Shown: piece by piece, positions 13,184 through 23,359 of the stretch
How positions within the stretch are numbered: the stretch's first letter is position 1
How the letters are laid out: the number at the start of each line of letters is the position of its first letter
DNA from: Penicillus capitatus
Taxonomy: Eukaryota > Plantae > Chlorophyta
DNA: 64,000 nt
NCBI GenBank assembly: GCA_965649825.1
Contig: OZ287702.1
Location: forward strand, 248,001-312,000
Reading direction: 5' to 3'
The notes under the pieces: model-generated
The model's input: only the letters and a program-made list of their open reading frames with translations
Told to the model about the DNA's origin: nothing
The model's database searches: none
Position numbers and translations under genes: made by a program

Positions 13184-13851
13184 ATGAGCTTCGGCCGAGG
13201 AGGCAGACGCGGACGTTTTGGAGGACGTGGTGGAGGAGGACGTTTTGGAAGCAATGATCCTCCAGAATACGTCATCGAGCTTGGCGTCTTCGAACATCCC
13301 TGTGAGGGAGAGGCCGTCTGCAAACTCGTGTGCGACAAAGTACTGTCCAGCAGTTAACGATCTCTCCCCCCTCAAGAACACCCATTGTCTTCATCCCAGA
13401 TTCCATATTTTAATGCGCCGATCTTCCAAGAGAACAAAGTCCACATTGGGAGGGTGGACGAGATCTTCGGACTCATAAAGTCTCCTGTACGACACGCACT
13501 GTGTGTGAATGACTGACTAGAACACACGTCTGGTTTCAGTTCTTTACAGTGAAGTTCAACGAGGGTCTGGTGGCGACGTCGTATCAAGTGGGGCATAAAT
13601 TCTATACTGATCCCAACAAGCTATTGCCATTGGAGCGGTTTCTACCGCCTCCTCCCGGCAGCAAACCTGCTTTCTTCGGTGGAAGAGGCAGAGGTGGACG
13701 AGGTGCTTTCTCTACCATTAAGCATCACCCATGTATAGATCTCTTGTGTTTTTCTACAGGAGGTGGACGCGGTGGCAGGAGAGGCGGATTCGGTGGCAGA
13801 GGATTTCGTGGAAGAGGTAGAGGAGGTGGCAGAGGAGGACGCAGATTCTAA
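13184..13851 (+). CDS. GAR1: H/ACA snoRNP protein GAR1
   Basis: RGG-rich termini flank [22 protein letters not shown]|[24 protein letters not shown]...[16 protein letters not shown]. Three introns. Confidence 0.95.
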
Positions 13852-14007
13852 GATGTAAGACTAGAGTGTAATCGCGTCGAGGGACCAATCATTGCACATT
13901 TGACATCGACATCGCATGATGCCCAACAGACGGGTTTGGTGAAATGACGTCATTAACGTCGATCGTCGCTCGTTCTTCGGCCGCCATTTCGAAGAGGTTC
14001 ATCGAAG

Positions 14008-14999
14008 ATGGTCGAACACGACGGAGTTTCGCACAGATCTCACTCTTTTCCGAGAAAAGACATTTCTTTAGGCGAAGAAGGGTAACAATGTCATGCGCGA
14101 TATCCGAGTGCATAAACTCGTTCTCAATATCTGCGTTGGCGAATCGGGTGACCGACTTCAGAAGGCAGCAAAGGTCGAAGAAAGTGTGACCATCCAAGAT
14201 CACGCTTATATGTCACATCAGGTCTTGGAGCAACTCACGGGGCAGACGCCAAAGTATGGAAGTGCCAGATACACAGTTCGTACCTTCGCCATTCGAAGAA
14301 ACGAAAAGATCTCGACTTATGTCACCGTTCAAGGAGCCAAAGCACTACAGATCCTGGTTCGGCCAATCTCACTCTTTCTATCGTGTAAGAGATCTGTCTT
14401 GTCTAGGAAGCTGGACTGAAAGTGAAAGAGTACGAGCTTCTGCGAGGCAACTTCTCCAATACCGGCTGCTTTGGTCTCCCCTTTCACCATCACTCTTTAT
14501 CTACGACTATGCTATTCTTTAGGTTTCGGCATCACGGAGCACATCGATCTGGGAATTAAGTACGATCCGTCGACGGGCATTTTTGGCGAGAATCTCACTC
14601 TTTTTTTCATACCTTACGAAACGGTCGGGTTCTTAGGAATGGATTTCTTCTGTGTCTTGGAGAGACCTGGATACCGAATCACTAGACGACGACGCTGCAA
14701 GAGCAAACTTGGTTATCCACACCGAGTCCACAAAGAAGATGCCATCAAGTGGTAAGCCTCTTCTCTAAATGACGTGCGCCGCCAATTGGTATCTGGATGG
14801 ACGACGGACTTCTCTCATCTGTTCTCATAAGAATTGGCAATAGTAATCGTGCATAGCGACGTGCGATTGTCTTCTGATGACTCCTGCATTACTGTTTTTG
14901 CACGCACAGTTTCATTTCTGCCTCCCTAACCGTTGCTGCGTGTTTGGATTCAGGTTTCAGACGAAGTTCGAAGGAATTGTTCTGGCAAAGAGTCGTTGA
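14008..14999 (+). CDS. RPL11: 60S ribosomal protein L11 (uL5)
   Basis: M|[34 protein letters not shown]|[10 protein letters not shown]...[17 protein letters not shown]|[11 protein letters not shown]...DAIKW|[10 protein letters not shown]. Six introns, including GC-AG 14586-14636 and a 202-nt last intron. Confidence 0.97.
14779..14911 (+). ncRNA. Intronic box H/ACA snoRNA in the last intron of RPL11
   Basis: Hairpin 1 is closed by GCCAATT(14781)/AATTGGC(14838). It is followed by H box ATAGTA (14840-14845), hairpin 2 closed by CGTGCA(14848)/TGCACG(14904), and ACA at 14906-14908 plus 3 nt. The host intron is about 4x longer than typical introns in the window. Confidence 0.8.
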
Positions 15000-15057
15000 A
15001 TGAGATAGGAGGTGCGATGCAAACATCGTTTGCCATGAAGCTGAACGCTTGGACGAA

Positions 15058-16016
15058 TCAGTCCTGCAATTCCTCTAATTCCACGATTCCACACATTTTC
15101 TCATCTTGTCCAAAATAAACGCCACTCAGCACAATGAGTAGATTGAGCCGCGAGAGAATTCCGCATTCTGCCAACTGCCTTTGCCCCTCGCCGTTCAGAG
15201 CCGACCACTTCTTCGCATAGCTGGCTCTAAGATGTGAGCAGTGCTTGAAGAGAGAGCGCAGAATGGCCGCAGAAGAATCATGCAATGGCCGATGAATTCT
15301 CGAGAGAAGTGCATAGAGCCAATAACAACGCACATCACTCACCGCCTCCATCCCCTTCAATTTCAAAAAAGCTGCGATATGTGCCTTTGCAGATCGAAGA
15401 GCCGCCACCTACACAGTCCTTCAAAAATGTGTGCGAGAGTGCAGTGCTTCACCTGGTCCAACGCTGCAATGCGCTCCATTTCTGGTGGAATCTCCATCTG
15501 AACACACTCCAAACCAGAATCGCCACCAGGATCATGCCGTTCCCCATCTTCAGTAGGATTCAATACCAAAGGCACTCCCATGGCGATCTCGGCTTCATTC
15601 TCGTATACTCTACACAACGTCGGGCACGTCAACTGTATCGATGTGTTTGGTCATGACGGACGTCTCGAAGTGTTTATGCAAGACGTGAAAATCTTTCAGT
15701 GTTTGTAGCGTCCAGGCCGTTGTCGGTTGACAGAATCTTGGCGCCTCTGCCACGGACTTCACACGTGGCACATAAGATGTTTGCCTCTCTTCGAATTGTC
15801 GCGTATCGATCTCAGAGCGCGTCACCTGTTCACATCTCGTAGCTTCCCAACTGCACCGCCACAGTGTCATGACCCATTCGATATTTCCTGCACGCACCGA
15901 ACGCGTTTGAGGTACTCTTCTGCCGTCTGGGGCGTCTCGATGTCCCAATCGGGTTCGCCATCTGGAACAGGCAAGGCCTGATGCGATCCGAGATGTGTTC
16001 CGCGTCCTTCTGACAT
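15058..16016 (-). CDS. GEMIN2: Gemin2/SIP1 (SMN complex)
   Basis: QALPVPDGEPDWDIETPQTAEEYLKRVR|WEATRC...IAALDQ|VAALRSA...CYWLYALLSRIHRPLHDSSAAILRSL...LNLLIVLSGVYFGQDE. Confidence 0.88.
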
Positions 16017-16037
16017 GGCGTAAAGGAGATAGATGTG

Positions 16038-17799
16038 TTACAATTGGATAAATCGTTCAGGAATGTCCCATTCGTCACGAAGCAAAGAAGCCATACGCTT
16101 GCCATGCTGACCCTGAAGAACGAGCTCTTGTTCTTTGACGCCTTTGTGAAAGATATCTTGTAGAGAGGTCGAACAGGCGAAGCGCTTTTGCACCGTGGAT
16201 GCCAGAAATTCTACATCGACCAAGAACGCTTCCAGTCCCGAAATACGTGTTTCAAATTTGTTCCCTGCACGCTTGGCGTGGCGAATCTGAATGTCCGGCA
16301 ACGTCCCTTTCTTCAAAATCTGCACCAACGAACATCAGATGATCATTTATGTCACTCGAAAAAGAGTGACCTCGAGGGGACCCCGGGAAATACGGAACTG
16401 ACGATGCATTCGCTTCATGGCCGCTTCTCTGAGCTGAGCTTTTGGCCAATACTCTGCCATCTTCTCATCCTTCTTAAGCAGTCCTTTGAAAAGGGCCTCT
16501 CCGAGAACACGATCGATGACAACATGCTGTTTGTCTGGGATCCCTTGATCGAGTTGAGCATGTTGGACATAGCGGAGAGCGACTTCGGATGCCTCTTTCT
16601 TTGACAGAACACAACCTGGCTTGAGTCCAATCTGGACCAGAAGCTGACGGAGCTCGCGGCCCATTCTGTACACCTCTTCGATGCGAAGTCCACTCGATGT
16701 ATCCTCCGTTTTTGGTTGAGACACACGATGTGTTGCATAGGTGCGGAACTCAGTGTACAGATGATGTTGTCTGTGGATGCCTGTGATGACGGTCTCGTTT
16801 GAGTACTTATCAACAATGACAGTAATCAGAGGATTGTTTCCGTCTGCCAAAACCTGCAAGAATTTCGAGAGCTTCTTGTACGAACTCAGCTTCGCATCGA
16901 TGTGGACACCGGGTTGCCTACTCAAATATCTGTGATCGGCAAAAGCCCAAAAGTGCACACGGGGCTGACTTGTATGGTAGCATATGTTTAATCCAGAGCT
17001 CTCCTGCGGCCAGAGGAAGATCGTCGTCCTTCACGCTTTTGTGCAGCGCTTGGAGAAAACACCGCTGCAGGAGATCATCCATTTCTGCCTGTTGTTGCTC
17101 AGGACTCAGTTCCGCTGGCGTCTCCTCTGACGATTCTTCCTTGGCTGGGTCCTCTGAGGGTATTTCCTCGTCGTCTTTGTTTTCACTGTCTTCTATTGGT
17201 TGCTCTGGACAGATGATGGCGGCAGTAAATCCTGGATTTGGTGGATGCATTTCTTCGTAGTGCACTGTCATCAGGTCTCCATAGTAATGGATAATGTCGA
17301 CGAGCTTTCCCTTTCCTGAAGTGCCTTCCGAGGCCTCGATGGAGCTCATGGCGGCGCGGCCAATGGCAAAGGGATAGGGGTTGCCAGGGACAAAGAGTGA
17401 CACCAGGGTTCCACGCAGAAATCCTTCTTGGAACGGCATTTTGGCACCAGGCAGCATCAAATCCGCGCCTCCCAGTATAAACTTTGACACCGAAAAATGC
17501 TTCAAGACGATCATTGGCAGCAACTGAGGCATTTGCCACAAGACTGGAAGACAGGGAATGACGCCATCGTTCTTTGACAGCTCGAGGGCGAAAGGCAGGC
17601 CATCGAACAAGTAAAGATGTCCTCTATGGGGTGCCTTAATCCTCGCGACGGTGCACTCGCCTGACTTCAGCGGGAAAACGAGTTCCAATCGATCCTCCGT
17701 GAAGCGAGGATACAAGCGCTGTAGAGTTGCCTTCAGCTTTTTGCGGTCCTTCCCCGAAACTTTGTTCTCGGCGTCTATCGTGAAGTGTTTCTGAAACAT
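16038..17799 (-). CDS. EIF2D: Translation factor eIF2D/ligatin (PUA, SWIB and SUI1 domains)
   Basis: KVSGKDRKKLK, VSKFILGGADLMLPG (PUA), IDAKLSSYKKLSKFLQ, and C-terminal KRAGNKFETRISGLEAFLVD...ELVLQG (SUI1). Two introns. Confidence 0.92.
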
Positions 17800-17856
17800 C
17801 CTGATGAGACTGACTCCTCAGTAAGCGAGCCCTGGAGTACGTGATGGATACAACTA

Positions 17857-18975
17857 ATGCGCGTATCCATTGAATCATGCACATTCTTCTCGGGCTCACT
17901 CGAGTGCTTGTTGTCAAACGAGCCCATGTCTTTGAACGAACCATCCGCCTCTTTGTCTCCATCGCCGTCGACAGACGATTTCGATCGTCCAACGGTGTCT
18001 CTAGCAGACGTCGTGAGCAACGACGACGACGACGACGACGACCAAATGTCGTCCGAACGGCCGAAAGATGATGACGCTTCTTTCCCTGAAGACGCAGCGG
18101 CCACTACGGCGGCGAAAGACCGAATGGCTTTGCGCAATGCATATGGCGATCGGACAAAGCGTCAAGAAAAACTGACCTTGGAGGATTGCGTCGATATGGA
18201 TGTTGACGTGCTGACGACGGTGTTAGAGCGGAGCTTTCATTCACTCAAACGCGATACCCTTGAATTTTTTGTCGACGCAAGAACGCGTTTCAAATCCCGT
18301 GCACTTCACGAACTGAGCCAAGAGCGTCGCGTTGCCGAGCGCAAAGAACATGCAAAGAACGCAGAGGTTGAATTGCTCAGTCAAGAGCTCAAGGAAGAGA
18401 AGGGACGAACAGAAAGGCTAATCTCAGCCATGAGTCGAATGGCTGAAGCTGTGGGTTCTGCCCATCGACGAAAGCACTCCTATCGCGTCGTGCTCACCAT
18501 TTATCACGCATGGGTCTCCTTTGCAAAGAGCGAAAAGGCTGCGAAACACAAAATGGAAAAAGCCTGGCGCTACTATTGCGATACCCGTCTGAAACGACGT
18601 GCATTGGTTCAGTGGGTCGAACATGTCCGAGAGCAGATCCGAACGTGCGCGAGAGAACGTTTTCAGGCGAAACTGGATGTCGCTCGATCCGCGCTCGAGA
18701 ATCAGTACAGTCAGAAATGCGCGGCACTGGAGGAGGAGAATAGCAACTTACGGGAGAAACTGAAAACAGAGAGCGAAATGCGAACAAAACTGGAAGAAGA
18801 TATGCAACAGGCATTTATGCGAGGGGTATGCGCCTTGAATATGGAAGCATTGTCTGTGATGAAACGTGGAATGCCTCCAAATGAGAAGCATCCGTTCCTC
18901 AGTGCGACAGATCTTGTCTCGCCGACGGAGGCAGTCCACGAATCCGATCGCTCTCCTGCTGCTCAGGAATCTTGA
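17857..18975 (+). CDS. POC5: Centriolar protein POC5-like
   Basis: Intronless 372-aa coiled-coil ORF with the motif LEEDMQQAFMRGVCALNMEALSVM. The start may be a downstream Met. Confidence 0.8.
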   Translation: MRVSIESCTFFSGSLECLLSNEPMSLNEPSASLSPSPSTDDFDRPTVSLADVVSNDDDDDDDQMSSERPKDDDASFPEDAAATTAAKDRMALRNAYGDRTKRQEKLTLEDCVDMDVDVLTTVLERSFHSLKRDTLEFFVDARTRFKSRALHELSQERRVAERKEHAKNAEVELLSQELKEEKGRTERLISAMSRMAEAVGSAHRRKHSYRVVLTIYHAWVSFAKSEKAAKHKMEKAWRYYCDTRLKRRALVQWVEHVREQIRTCARERFQAKLDVARSALENQYSQKCAALEEENSNLREKLKTESEMRTKLEEDMQQAFMRGVCALNMEALSVMKRGMPPNEKHPFLSATDLVSPTEAVHESDRSPAAQES

Positions 18976-19513
18976 ACAGACGGACGGTATTCGATAAAAC
19001 TGCTTGCGCACGTTAAACAGATCGTTGGTGATACTTGTATGAGAGAACGTTTTGGAGATTACGGCATACTCAGGCGGAATCGAATCTGTCCAAACGCGAT
19101 CGTTATTGACCTCTGCTTGAGATCTTGCGTGCGAACCGCCTGTAGAGTTACCGATATCGTATGCTACGTCACATTGGCGCTGAAGTCATAACAAGAGTCG
19201 ATCCGGCCTACTGCAGGCACTGTTGGTCGTCTTTTAATGGGCAAGTCGTGTATCGAATCGTGTGAATTCGTCTACATAGTGTTTTGGTTCGCGGATGCCT
19301 CAGTTGTGCTTTCTGGCGTGTGCTCGTCAATCGTAAATGCATTGCGTGGCAGTTTGACGTCGTGTTCGATATCCTCTATAGGCCGCCTGCACTTTGATGG
19401 CCGCCTTTTCTTTTGAAAGCACTTCCGTGTTTGTTGAATCTTTGGACGAATCTGCGTTTCGCTTCCTGCATCTTACAACTTAGCGTGACACATCCCCGTT
19501 CAGAAAGGCAATC

Positions 19514-20344
19514 TCACTCTGGATCGACATTCAAGATGTGATCAGCCGTTATGGCTCCCGCAAAAGAGCTATGTCCTCCGTTGCTGGCAGAGCGGAAACT
19601 GTTTTCTGGCTTCTTGGGATTGTTGGCAATCAGCCATTCTCCGAGATAACGAATGGCGTCATGTTCATTGCCCGTCGGTTTCTTTTTTGCTAATGCGGTG
19701 AGACCCTCTAGCAGAACCGTGTCCAGTTTCTGTCCGACGCTTTGACGCGCGTTCAGGATATGCGTTCCGACGACGGCATCGTCGGACGACGGGATATCCG
19801 AAACGCTTTCGGGGAAAAAGAATCGAATCTCGCGTTGAGCCGATTGACAGGAATCGGAACCGTGGACGGCGTTGTACGTCCCGTCCGTTCCACAAGCCGC
19901 CCGAATACTACAGACCACAGCGACTCCGCCGTGCACTTCGTCAGGGATACCGAACCTTTGAGGGGCCTCTTTTCTGGCAGCAACCGAGTCGGTAGGACCC
20001 ATCAGTTCTCTCCATCTGCGAATGGCATCCTTTCGTGCGAGGATCATTGCCACAATGGGTCCACTGCTCATAAATTTGACAAGTTTGGTGTAGAAGGACC
20101 TCTCTTTGTGCTCGCGGTAGAAGTCTTCGGCATCTTGCGTCGTCAACTGAGCACATGATCGCACAGATGAAACGCGCATGGAATGGTGCGGTGTACTTAC
20201 TCGGAGTTCTTTGCGGCGGAGTATAGAGAAGCCGTCGCCCTCAATCCGACGAAGAATGTCGCGCGCGTGTCCCGCTCGGACGGCATCCGGCTTGATCAAT
20301 GCGAGCGTCTTCTCCATAAGTATGCGCATGTTATTTGAATGCAT
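19514..20344 (-). CDS. NDK5: Nucleoside diphosphate kinase 5 / RSP23-like with Dpy-30 motif
   Basis: MEKTLALIKPDAV, FMSSGPIVAMIL, RWRELMGPTDS, NAVHGSDS, then LLEGLTALAKKKP...LGEWLIANNP (Dpy-30). Two stop-free in-frame introns (54 and 48 nt). Confidence 0.88.
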   Translation of the reverse strand: MHSNNMRILMEKTLALIKPDAVRAGHARDILRRIEGDGFSILRRKELRVSTPHHSMRVSSVRSCAQLTTQDAEDFYREHKERSFYTKLVKFMSSGPIVAMILARKDAIRRWRELMGPTDSVAARKEAPQRFGIPDEVHGGVAVVCSIRAACGTDGTYNAVHGSDSCQSAQREIRFFFPESVSDIPSSDDAVVGTHILNARQSVGQKLDTVLLEGLTALAKKKPTGNEHDAIRYLGEWLIANNPKKPENSFRSASNGGHSSFAGAITADHILNVDPE

Positions 20345-20721
20345 GTGATTTGAATGTCAGCGAATTGTGCAGAGCGAGCGGAATAGGCGAAGATCCCGAA
20401 ACTGCACAAATTTCTACTAAGTATGGACGTTACCGTTGTTTCTCTGGACGGTTTTTCCGTCTATCCAACGCACGGTAAACCAAATCGAAGAGAAGAGAGC
20501 TCGTAAAAAATAGGCGAAGACATTTCCGACCAACTAAAAACGAACGTACTTCTTCGAAAGGACTGGAAAGAGGACAGCGAGGATCGAGATGACACGCACG
20601 CTCGGGCGGCTTGTGGATTTCGTATAGTCGGGTGTCCCCACAGATGACACGGAAATCGCAGCTCCTAATGGTTTGTAAATAGGACGACGGTCACGTCGTT
20701 TCGCATCGTCTTACCTGTTTG

Positions 20722-23079
20722 ATGGACTGGTACACGGTTGATGAAGTATCTGAAGACGAGGCGCTCGAAGTTATCCACATCTCGCGCGTTTCTGTCTGAT
20801 GTCTCTCCTTACAGAATGCTCCCTCGTCGGCGCGGGAGCAGATTGTCTTCCTGATAGACGCGCATCCAAAGATGTTTGATAAGCTTGAAGAGGATCAGGT
20901 CTGTCGACATGTGTTGTTTTCAGAGGACAAGATCGCTATGCAGGGCATTCAAGCAACCTCATTGTTTGATCTCACTCTTCGCGTCTGCCTGGATGTACTC
21001 AGAAGCCGAGTCATCGATTCGCCCTACGATGAAATGAGTGTGATCTTCTATGGCACAGTGATGGCAGATCCATGGAACCATCTCTGACGCACTGCCGCAG
21101 AAAACGAAGAACAATGAACAAGGATTTGAGTATGTCCACATCTTTCAGGAGTTGGACGTGACAGAGGTCCAAAGAATTAAGACCATTGGATCTTTCACAG
21201 GCGAACACGCAAACATCTGAATCAAGCATTCAGCTGTGGTGTATGCGATAGAGGCGAGTTTTCATGAGACGATTGGCATTCATGCCGATCCTGCGGCCGT
21301 GTCAGCAGAGAGCCTGAAACTTGGTCTGTGGACAGCCAAGGATCTCCTGGACAACAGGTGCTCGCCCACAGTGCAAGACATCACTTGAGATGCATTGCGA
21401 TATCCAGATGGAAAACAGCGAAGACCATTTTGCTCTTTACCCCCAACAACGATCCATGTGCCAGTTCTTCCGAAGACAGGTCAATCGCTCACAAACGATC
21501 GATCTCGTTATGGGACATGTCTTGATGGCGTGCAGAGATCAGATCATGACGCGCGTCAAGTCATTTTCGGAAGCCGGGATCCAGTTACGGATCTTTGTGC
21601 TTCCTACGGACAAGACAGTCCCTTCCACGACTTTTTGGAAGGAAGTGAACGACAGTGCTAAGATTGATGAAGATGAGGACGATTTTGGTGATGATGTCCT
21701 GCAGCGACTGGAAAATCTCTTTGATGTTGTTCGGAAGAAATCCCAACAGAAACGATCGCTCGCTTCCCTGCCGCTCACCATCATCAAAGATATCACCTGT
21801 GCTGTCAAAGTCCTCGATGAGATCCTTTGCCTCTATCTAATCGTCTGTTATAGCTTTACGCTTTGGTCCGGCCGGCTACAAAAGGAAAGGTGATGAAGCT
21901 GGATAGCTCCCATGCCAATGAAGAACTTGTGGCATCGACGGCATACATTTGCAATGACACGGGTCAGGGAATCTCTCTCGTTGTCTGTGTGTAACTAAGT
22001 GCAGGAGCAGGTGCCAAGTTGGACAGAGTGGAGCATTTCTGTTATCGACCCGAGAGAACGGATCCAAGTCGCTATCCTGCATTCGTGATGACCCATGACG
22101 AGTTAGAAAGCGCAAGAAGACAGAGTTCAAAGCCCGGCATCAGAGTTCTTGGATTTCAGTCAACAGGAGCTTTGAAAGACTATCATCAGCTGTGTCCATC
22201 TGTCTTTGTGTATCCAGACGAGAGCAGTCAGAGAGGCAGCAAAGCCACGTGCATCGCACTCCATGAGAGTCTGCTGAGAAATGGAACCATGGCGATCTGT
22301 CAGTACCGCAAGACGGAAAACAGCGAGAGCCGTATGGCCGCTCTTCTGGCCCAGCAAGAGACACGCGATCGAGATGGGCGACAGGTTGCATCGCTGCTCA
22401 GTGAAAAGACGTCGGAATGAAAGGCATTTCTAGGTCTATCCTCCTGGATTTCACCTGATCGTGCTTCCCTTTCTCGACGATATCCGCTATCCCGAACTCG
22501 ACCCCAAAATTGTGGGCGACGATTTCTACTATGCAAACGAAGATCAAATCAGCAAAGCATCGGCGTTGGTAGAGGCGACGACACTTGAAGAGGATTTCTC
22601 AACCACAGACATCTCCAACCCGCATCTCCAACGCCACTTTCAGATCATCGAGGTCACGATCCGAAAGACCTTTTCAGAATCCCTTCAGAATCAACGATGC
22701 TCTTCAGGCTCTTGCACTAGGAGAAGACATCCCAGACATTGCAGATTTCGTGGATGAAACGCTTCCCAGCGAAGAGGCGATGCGAGAGCATGAAGATGCA
22801 GTCGTGGCGTTCAAGACATCTGTCTATGGAGCACAAGGCGAGGAGGCGGCGTTTCCATCTGGAAAGAAACGCAAAATGGAAAGAGAGGAAGATCCAAGAG
22901 TGTTTGTGGCGAAGACGAACTGGAAAGAGCTTGCTCAGAATGATAATCTGGGCAGTCTCACCGTCGACAAGCTGAAGATGTACCTGGAATTCCACAATTT
23001 GCCACTGTCGGGACGCAAAGCCGATATTATCGTTCGAATCAAGGCACACATCGCCATCGGGTTGTCGCCTGACGGTTAA
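20722..23079 (+). CDS. KU70: Ku70 (NHEJ DNA end-binding protein)
   Basis: vWA REQIVFLIDA; core LKDYHQLCPSVFVYPDE and GFHLIVLPFLDDIR, NPHLQRHF; C-terminal SAP domain LGSLTVDKLKMYLEFHNLPLSGRKADII. About 10 introns, including GC-AG 21201-21251. Confidence 0.92.
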
Positions 23080-23359
23080 CTCCTGCTCGATGCACGCGGA
23101 GCTGAAGAAGATGAGCCAATGCGCGCATGGGATCAAGACAGATTTCGAGGCCATGGATGTGCATATCTCTTTAACTGTCGGTTCCTCGCGGCGAAGTTGA
23201 ATGCTCGCGTCGTGAGCAGTTAGTTTTTCGATGGTTAGGCGTCCTCTTAAGAAATGCTGTATGGTGCCGAGCGAAGATCCCTGTGCATTTCAGCGTCTGT
23301 CTTTCCACGTTTGCGTGTTCGATGAGGACATGGCTTCTGTTTTAGAAAGATGGTTTGCC

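Noticed and set aside
16330-16370. Hairpin at the start of an eIF2D intron (GTCACTC/GAGTGAC) as a sign of structure-defined or introner-type introns
   Set aside because: Not systematic: the other introns examined show no terminal complementarity or shared sequence, apart from the duplicated Kunitz introns.
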